Shown one piece after another: positions 19,617-26,313 of a stretch of 26,313 nucleotides of DNA (its first letter is position 1; every line of letters begins with the position of its first letter). The stretch is taken from the IMG/VR virus record IMGVR_UViG_2687453108_000014. One strand, 5' to 3'. The translations under genes were made by a program, and so were the position numbers. Source of the stretch: a virus. Its lineage: Duplodnaviria > Heunggongvirae > Uroviricota > Caudoviricetes. The notes beneath the pieces were generated by a model. That model did not search any database. It saw only the letters and a list, made by a program, of their open reading frames with translations, and was not told the origin of the DNA.

Positions 19617-20339
19617 TTACTCACCAACAGCCCACCAACTGTAATTCATCGATACCGTGTCGCTGGTTGATGACGTTCTGTAAGCAGAATTAAAGCCGGT
19701 TAACGTTGGGCCTTCTGCAGTCATCACGAACCCTCGCCCAGCGCCTAAAGGCGCACCGCCATCACCAGAATGAGTAAGCATGGCGCAGTCCGCTTTTTGG
19801 GGAAAGGGATGCTGAATGTAATTCTCATTGTTGCGTCGATAATGTCGGCGTAACCGCACCACGACCATATTGCAGGATTTTCCCGTTGGTAATTTCATCC
19901 ATCCATTACCACTGGCAAAGAGGCCATGTCCGGTATCTGATTTTCCCCTGTCCCACATCCCGTTTGCCGCTTCTCCCAAACCAAGGTTTTGAAGAGCCGT
20001 TTTCACCGTGCCGTCCGATTTGATATCGCCAAACGGATTCTTGCGGCTCAGGTATTCAACAGCAAACCCCGATCCCAGCAATTCAACAAAACCGGGCAGA
20101 TCACCATTATCAAGCACATCCCGTTGCGTTTTATCACTTACAAACTGGGCCAGAGCTGCAGCAATAAAGCTGGCCTGCCGAATAACCTTATTGACTTGCG
20201 CACTGGATGCTTTCCCTGCTGTAAATCCGGATATAAGCGCAGGCAACGCTTCCCATTCCTCCTGCGACATAACATTGGCATTTCGATCAGTTGCAAACGC
20301 TTTAAAGTCATTTTTCGCCATCAGAGTAATACTCCCCAT
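19617..20339 (-). CDS. Side tail fibre protein (e14 Stf-like); C-terminal third lies inside the invertible segment
   Basis: ORF just upstream of tfa containing crossover site 2 (19971-19996) in frame. Confidence 0.6.
   Translation of the reverse strand: MGSITLMAKNDFKAFATDRNANVMSQEEWEALPALISGFTAGKASSAQVNKVIRQASFIAAALAQFVSDKTQRDVLDNGDLPGFVELLGSGFAVEYLSRKNPFGDIKSDGTVKTALQNLGLGEAANGMWDRGKSDTGHGLFASGNGWMKLPTGKSCNMVVVRLRRHYRRNNENYIQHPFPQKADCAMLTHSGDGGAPLGAGRGFVMTAEGPTLTGFNSAYRTSSTSDTVSMNYSWWAVGE
19971..19996. repeat. Invertase crossover site 2 (hix/gix-like, 26 bp) inside stf
   Basis: TTCTCCCAAACCAAGGTTTTGAAGAG, inverted relative to site 1. Confidence 0.7.
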
Positions 20340-20632
20340 GCCCCTACATCAAAACCACTGATGAATTCGTTATCCATATCAAAACCAAAAAATTTAGAGC
20401 CTTCCGATGGAGTTTCCACCGAAGGTGTTTCAATGCCCCCCGCCCATACCCCGGCGGCTTTTACTGTTAGATACCCCTGTTTAATTGCCGCAATTAACTC
20501 ACGCGATACATCTGAAATATCAGTATCAGGAAAGACCCAGACCGATATCGTCATGTCCTGGTTATCGATGTTGGCGATCCGACGCATCTGCTCACGGTCA
20601 AAGTTAACCATCTGTGCGGCGATGTTTTTCAT
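20321..20632 (-). pseudogene. Deletion fusion: lambda P codons 1-21 joined to the 3' end of a tail/baseplate gene
   Basis: First 21 residues (MKNIAAQMVNFDREQMRRIAN) match lambda P; downstream sequence is unrelated and ends overlapping the stf start, as the last gene before a tail fibre would. Confidence 0.65.
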
Positions 20633-21528
20633 AAATCCACCCCGTAAATCCAGTCAGTGTTTGTCAGGTCGAGTTTTGGTTTGCTGGCTGTCACGCCTGC
20701 CTGTTGCTTGTTACGGTTGATTTCGAGCTGGGTCCACTTGTCGCGGAGTTTGGCCGGACTCAGCACGTTACCGGACCAGAAGTTGTCCTGGCAGGCCCAG
20801 CGGAAAAGCACACACATATCGCGGTGGTTACGTCCGTCACGTTCACGCATCAGGCGGATATCGTTAGCCCACCCAGCAAAATTCGGTTTTCTGGCTGATG
20901 GCGCGATGGTCTTCACCATGTCAAACATCCACTCTGCGGCGGTCAGGTCTTCTGCTGTTCCCCACTTGCTGCCGCTCTGAATTGCAGCATCCGGTTTAAC
21001 CACAGAAAGATCGTTTTCTGGCTGGTCAGAGGATTCGCCAGAATTCTCGGACGAATAATCTTTTCTTTTTTCTTTTGTAATAGTGTCTTTTGTGTCCCCC
21101 TGTTTTGAGGGATAGCAATCCCCCAATTTGAGGGATGTTTTATCCCTCGTTTTAGGGGATTTTCCCTCGTTTTGAGGGATACACCATTCTGAGATGTTTT
21201 TATTTGGTCCAAACATGCCGCCTTGCTGCTTGATAATATTCATTCTGACGAGTTCTAACTTGGCTTCATTGCACCGTTTGACAGGTAACTTTGTAATCTC
21301 GCTAAGTTGAGAATCGGTGATTCTGTCCATTGGTTTATTCCACCCATAGGTTTTACGCAGAATGGCAAGCAGCACTTTAAACTGTCGCTTGGTCAGATCT
21401 GCGCCCGAATAAGCCTCAAGCAGCATATTTGATAGTCTGGCGTAACCATCATCGAGATCTGCCACATTACGCTCCTGTCCGGCAAAGTTACCTCTGCCGA
21501 AGTTGAGTATTTTTGCTGTATTTGTCAT
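20629..21528 (-). CDS. O: Lambda-type replication initiator O
   Basis: 299 aa, matches what I recall of lambda O; contains the ori iterons. Confidence 0.93.
   Translation of the reverse strand: MTNTAKILNFGRGNFAGQERNVADLDDGYARLSNMLLEAYSGADLTKRQFKVLLAILRKTYGWNKPMDRITDSQLSEITKLPVKRCNEAKLELVRMNIIKQQGGMFGPNKNISEWCIPQNEGKSPKTRDKTSLKLGDCYPSKQGDTKDTITKEKRKDYSSENSGESSDQPENDLSVVKPDAAIQSGSKWGTAEDLTAAEWMFDMVKTIAPSARKPNFAGWANDIRLMRERDGRNHRDMCVLFRWACQDNFWSGNVLSPAKLRDKWTQLEINRNKQQAGVTASKPKLDLTNTDWIYGVDL
21060..21185. repeat. ori-lambda: four ~19-bp iterons plus adjacent AT-rich region inside O
   Basis: Repeated ...CCCTC(A/G)AAA(C/T)(G/A)AGGGA... units at about 21096-21183, with a T-rich tract at 21060-21095. 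Confidence 0.8.
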
Positions 21529-21560
21529 AATGACTCCTGTTGATAGATCCAGTAATGACC

Positions 21561-21854
21561 TCAGAACTCCATCTGGATTTGTTCAGAACGCTCGGTTGCC
21601 GCCGGGCGTTTTTTATTGGTGAGAATCGCAGCAACTTGTCGCGCCAATCGAGCCATGTCGTCGTCAACGACCCCCCATTCAAGAACAGCAAGCAGCATTG
21701 AGAACTTTGGAATCCAGTCTCTCTTCCACCTGCTGATCTGCGACTTATCAACTCCCACAGCTTCCGCTGTCTTCTCAGTTCCAAGCATTGCGATTTTGTT
21801 AAGCAACGCACTCTCGATTCGTAGAGCCTCGTTGCGTTTGTTTGCACGAACCAT
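21561..21854 (-). CDS. cII: Lambda cII transcriptional activator
   Basis: 97 aa from MVRANKRNEALRIESALLNKIAMLGTEKTAEAVGVDKSQISRWKRDWIPKF...; the ORF track's longer N-terminal extension is discarded. Confidence 0.93.
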   Translation of the reverse strand: MVRANKRNEALRIESALLNKIAMLGTEKTAEAVGVDKSQISRWKRDWIPKFSMLLAVLEWGVVDDDMARLARQVAAILTNKKRPAATERSEQIQMEF

Positions 21855-21972
21855 ATGTAAGTATTTCCTTAGATAACAATTGATTGAATGTATGCAAATA
21901 AATGCATACACCATAGGTGTGGTTTAATTGGATGCCCTTTTTCAGGGCTGGAATGTGTAAGAGCGGGGTTAT

Positions 21973-22182
<210 letters not shown>

Positions 22183-22195
22183 TTAGTACATGCAA

Positions 22196-22266
22196 CCATT
22201 ATCACCGCCAGAGGTAAAGCAGTCAACACGCGCGGTGTTAGATATTTATCCCTTGCGGTGATAGAT
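22196..22266. promoter_or_regulatory. OR1-OR2-OR3 with divergent PR and PRM promoters
   Basis: OR1 TATCACCGCCAGAGGTA (22200-22216), OR2 CAACACGCGCGGTGTTA (22224-22240), OR3 TATCCCTTGCGGTGATA (22247-22263); OR2 differs from my recalled lambda sequence by one central base. Confidence 0.85.
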
Positions 22267-22270
22267 TTAA

Positions 22271-22987
<717 letters not shown>

Positions 22988-23114
22988 TAGGAAGTAAGTT
23001 TTATGTTGACGGCACAGTCAACTTGGCATAGATTAATTAAACCAAGCCCAGCCCCGTTCGCAGACAATTGTTAATATCTGCATAACGGCTCTGGGCTATT
23101 TTTTTGGGACTCTT

Positions 23115-23573
23115 ATGAAGAAAGCAGCAATTTTAATTGATGCGGGTTTTTTCATGCAGCGTGTTCATGCTACGCATCGTAAACACTTCGCCGAGCATGA
23201 ACTGACTGCGCAATGCATAATGAAAGTAATATGGTCAATGGTTCTTTCCCATCTTAATGGAAAACGTCAATCACAAGAACGTAGGGAACCGCTTGAGCTT
23301 TATAGAATTTACTTCTATGACTGTCCACCACTCGACATTCAAACACGCCTTCCACTTCCTGAGCCTGGCAATAAGACGCCTGGTCGCAAGAATTTCAAAC
23401 TCGAAAAATCATATATTCTGAGAACGGAGCTGCATGAAGAGTTAAGAAAAACTCGAAAAACAGCCAATTGTATTTATTTTAAAATTAATAGGTGCAACTC
23501 ACTAAACAACGCAATTCTGATCTCTCGATCACCTCCCAAGCCACACAACCCTGCAAAAAATAAATCTATATAA
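23115..23573 (+). CDS. Hypothetical protein in the slot lambda uses for rexA/rexB; N-terminus NYN/PIN-like
   Basis: ORF between cI and OL, co-directional with cI; begins MKKAAILIDAGFF...; the 3' end runs into lambda-like sequence upstream of OL3, so it may be a truncated remnant. Confidence 0.4.
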   Translation: MKKAAILIDAGFFMQRVHATHRKHFAEHELTAQCIMKVIWSMVLSHLNGKRQSQERREPLELYRIYFYDCPPLDIQTRLPLPEPGNKTPGRKNFKLEKSYILRTELHEELRKTRKTANCIYFKINRCNSLNNAILISRSPPKPHNPAKNKSI

Positions 23574-23587
23574 AAAACATACAGATA

Positions 23588-23650
23588 ACCATCTGCGGTG
23601 ATAAATTATCTCTGGCGGTGTTGACACAAATACCACTAGCGGTGATACTA
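23588..23650 (+). promoter_or_regulatory. OL3-OL2-OL1 operators with PL promoter
   Basis: OL3 23588-23604, OL2 23607-23623, OL1 23631-23647 (TACCACTAGCGGTGATA); -35 TTGACA at 23621-23626 and -10 GATACT at 23644-23649. Confidence 0.85.
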
Positions 23651-23688
23651 AGCACATCAGCAGGACGCACTAACCACCATGAAGGTGA

Positions 23689-23719
23689 TGCTCTTAAAAA
23701 TTAAGCCCTGAAGAAGGGC
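23689..23719 (+). promoter_or_regulatory. nutL (boxA variant plus boxB hairpin)
   Basis: boxB GCCCTGAAGAAGGGC at 23705-23719; upstream boxA-like tgctcttaaaaatta appears to carry one substitution relative to recalled lambda. Confidence 0.7.
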
Positions 23720-23876
23720 AGCATTCAAAGCAGAAGGCTTTGGTGTGTGTGATACGAAACGAAGCATTGGCCGGAAGTGCGAATCCGGATTAGCAGCCAA
23801 TGTGCCATTGCGGGGTGTTTTCGTTCAGGACTACGACTCCCACACACAACCAAAGCTAACTAACAGGAGAATCCAG

Positions 23877-23990
23877 ATGGATGCACAAACACGCCGCCGC
23901 GAACGTCGCGCAGAGAAACAGGCTCAATGGAAAGCAGATCGGATTCTGGCTTCAACATTTCGCAGGAATGCAACTAAGAGACATTACTGA
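23877..23990 (+). pseudogene. N: Truncated antiterminator N (codons 1-20) running out of frame into integrase sequence
   Basis: [20 protein letters not shown] matches lambda N; from about 23938 the sequence is integrase-derived and the N frame ends after 17 unrelated codons. Confidence 0.85.
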
Positions 23991-24855
23991 ATCAAAAATT
24001 TATTCAGCAATGCAGAAAATGACGAACCGGCGTCATGAGGAAAACTGGAAACTCAGGGCAGAAGCATGCAGAAAAAAAGGGAAACCTGTTCCAGAATACA
24101 CGCCAAAACCAGCGTCCGTTGCAACGAAGGCTACGCATCTTTCATTTATAAAGGCCCTGCTAAGAGCCGCAGAGCGTGAATGGAAAATGCTCGATAAGGC
24201 ACCAATTATTAAAGTGCCTCAACCAAAGAATAAACGGATCCGCTGGCTGGAGCCCCATGAAGCACAAAGGCTGATTGATGAATGTCCGGAGCCATTAAAG
24301 TCTGTTGTTGAATTTGCACTGGCAACAGGCTTAAGACGCTCGAACATCATCAACCTTGAATGGCAACAAATAGATATGCAGCGCCGGGTGGCATGGATAA
24401 ACCCGGAAGAGAGTAAATCAAACCGCGCAATTGGCGTTGCGCTGAATGATACTGCATGTCGCGTATTGAAAAAACAAATCGGTAATCATCACCGTTGGGT
24501 ATTTGTGTACAAGGAAAGCTGTACCAAACCAGACGGAACGAAAGCGCCAACAGTAAGGAAGATGCGGTATGACGCAAACACAGCCTGGAAAGCGGCGCTG
24601 AGACGGGCTGGTATTGATGATTTCAGATTTCACGACTTGAGACACACCTGGGCAAGTTGGCTGGTTCAAGCCGGAGTCCCGTTGTCAGTGTTACAGGAAA
24701 TGGGAGGCTGGGAGTCTATCGAAATGGTTCGTCGATATGCTCACCTTGCACCTAATCACCTTACCGAACACGCACGGCAAATAGACTCGATCCTGAACCC
24801 ATCGGTCCCAAATTTGTCCCAGTCAAAAAATAAGGAAGGTACTAATGATGTGTAA
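23939..24855 (+). pseudogene. int: P22-type tyrosine integrase lacking about 80 N-terminal residues
   Basis: ...[39 protein letters not shown]... through [39 protein letters not shown]; homology begins abruptly at the N junction with no native start or arm-binding domain; the gene ends 14 bp from thrW. Confidence 0.8.
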
Positions 24856-24869
24856 CTTATTGATTTAAA

Positions 24870-24945
24870 TGGTGCCGATAATAGGAGTCGAACCTACGAC
24901 CTTCGCATTACGAATGCGCTGCTCTACCAACTGAGCTATATCGGC
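24870..24945 (-). tRNA. thrW: tRNA-Thr (anticodon CGU), thrW
   Basis: Reverse complement is GCCGATATAGCTCAGTTGGTAGAGCAGCGCATTCGTAATGCGAAGGTCGTAGGTTCGACTCCTATTATCGGCACCA, a full cloverleaf with CCA. Confidence 0.95.
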
Positions 24946-25059
24946 CCTGAAAGGACATGTTCACGAACGTGAATCACGGTGGACAAGGTTAAAACTAACC
25001 GGGCGATGCGTCAATGGCCTTGTGAATCAAACGGCTACTTTTGCATCACCCGGTTTTAT

Positions 25060-26313
25060 TTACGCACGAATGGTGTAATCACCAATGCCGATCCACTTGT
25101 AAGTGGTCAGTGCTTCCAGCCCCATTGGGCCACGCGCGTGGAGTTTTTGTGTGCTTACCGCCACTTCCGCACCCAGTCCAAACTGGCCGCCGTCGGTAAA
25201 ACGCGTAGAGGCGTTAACGTAAACAGCGGACGAATCCACTTCGTTAACAAAACGCTGGGCGTTGCGCATATCGCGGGTCAGGATCGCATCGGAGTGTTGC
25301 GTGCCGTGTTCACGAATATGGGCGATGGCATCGTCAAGATCGCTGACGATTTTGACGTTCAAATCTAATGACAGAAACTCATCGTCATACTCTTCGGCTT
25401 TAACCGCCACCACCTTCGCAGGGCCTGTCTGCAACTGCGCCAGCGCAGATGCATCTGCGTGTAACGTCACGCCGCTTTCCGCCATTTGTTTGCTTAATGC
25501 GGGCAGGAAGCTATAGGCGATGTTTTTATTCACCAGCAACGTTTCTACCGTATTACATGTGCTCGGACGCTGAGTTTTCGCATTGACGATTACTTTCAGG
25601 GCTTCAGCAATCTCTGCACTTTCATCAACATAAATATGGCATACGCCTATACCACCTGTGATCACCGGGATCGTCGACTGCTCGCGGCACAGTTTATGCA
25701 AACCAGCCCCGCCGCGCGGGATCAGCATGTCGATGTATTTATCCATACGCAGCATTTCACTGACCAGCGCACGGTCAGGATTATCAATCGCCTGCACGGC
25801 ACCCGCCGGTAAGCCACAGGATTTCAGGGCGTCCTGAATCACCACCACCGTTGCCGCGTTAGTGCGACAGGTTTCTTTGCCACCACGCAGGATCACCGCG
25901 TTACCGGTTTTCAGGCACAGCGAAGCGACATCAACCGTCACGTTCGGGCGCGCTTCATAAATCACGCCAATAACCCCCAGCGGTACGCGACGACGCTCAA
26001 GACGCAGGCCGCTGTCCAGTACGCCGCCATCGATTACCTGCCCCACTGGATCGGCGAGGTTGCACACCTGACGTACATCGTCGGCAATGCCTTTCAGCCG
26101 TGCGGGCGTCAGTGCCAGACGGTCAAGCATCGCTTCGCTAAGGCCATTGGCTCGCGCGTCAGCAACATCCTGGGCGTTAGCGTTGAGGATGATTTCGCTT
26201 TGTGCTTCCAGTTCATCGGCGATTTTTTCCAGCACGCGATTTTTTTCGCGGCTGGAGAGTTGCGCTAATTTATACGAGGCTTGCTTCGCGGCAATGCCCA
26301 TTTGTTCCAGCAT
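25060..26313 (-). CDS. proA: Gamma-glutamyl phosphate reductase
   Basis: 417-aa ORF with typical ProA sequence; start codon is at the last bases of the window. Confidence 0.96.

Larger units (their letters stand above)
18142..19996. other. Invertible tail-fibre segment of about 1.85 kb (e14 P-region / Mu G-segment type)
   Basis: Bounded by inverted 26-bp sites; holds two convergent tfa genes and alternative tail-fibre C-terminal segments; the site inside stf falls at LQNLGLGE and in the alternative segment at NVGLGE, so inversion keeps the reading frame. Confidence 0.65.

Noticed and set aside
21616-21876. 86-aa plus-strand ORF antisense to cII, and similar antisense ORFs over O and the tail-fibre gene (20657-20980, 19989-20720)
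   Set aside because: They overlap well-supported lambda-type genes on the opposite strand and have no independent support.
24946-25059. Specific promoter or terminator call in the thrW-proA intergenic region
   Set aside because: Only weak imperfect dyads are visible; I cannot place a -35/-10 or a convincing hairpin with a U-tract.

Overview
This window looks like an E. coli-type chromosomal locus (proA, tRNA-Thr thrW) with two mobile elements stacked in tandem at thrW. All calls rest on reading the sequence and the ORF track and on recalled protein families; no database search was run. (1) Roughly 13059-24869 is a heavily deleted lambdoid prophage remnant: a near-lambda immunity and replication core (cI, cro, cII, O with ori iterons, OR, OL/PL, nutL) joined to a 5'-truncated P22-type integrase next to thrW. 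N is cut at codon 20 and fused into int; P is cut at codon 21 and fused to an e14-like tail-fibre module with a Pin invertase and a 1.8-kb invertible segment. It also carries a GIY-YIG nuclease gene, a 62-bp serU fragment, an AppY-like AraC regulator, and an IS629-like element inserted in an older IS2-family transposase remnant. (2) Roughly 147-13058 is a P4-like satellite element: P4-type integrase, sid-psu-ogr/delta, AlpA, alpha primase-helicase and iteron-like octamers, bounded by a 46-bp thrW 3' repeat. Its integrase-proximal cargo slot holds the most interesting candidate, an AT-rich three-component module (PD-(D/E)xK-like nuclease, small protein, SMC-like ATPase) whose architecture resembles Lamassu/DdmABC but whose ATPase is split by an in-frame TAA and frameshifts. 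A second AT-rich orphan gene (676-1632) sits at the other end. No CRISPR array or rRNA was seen.
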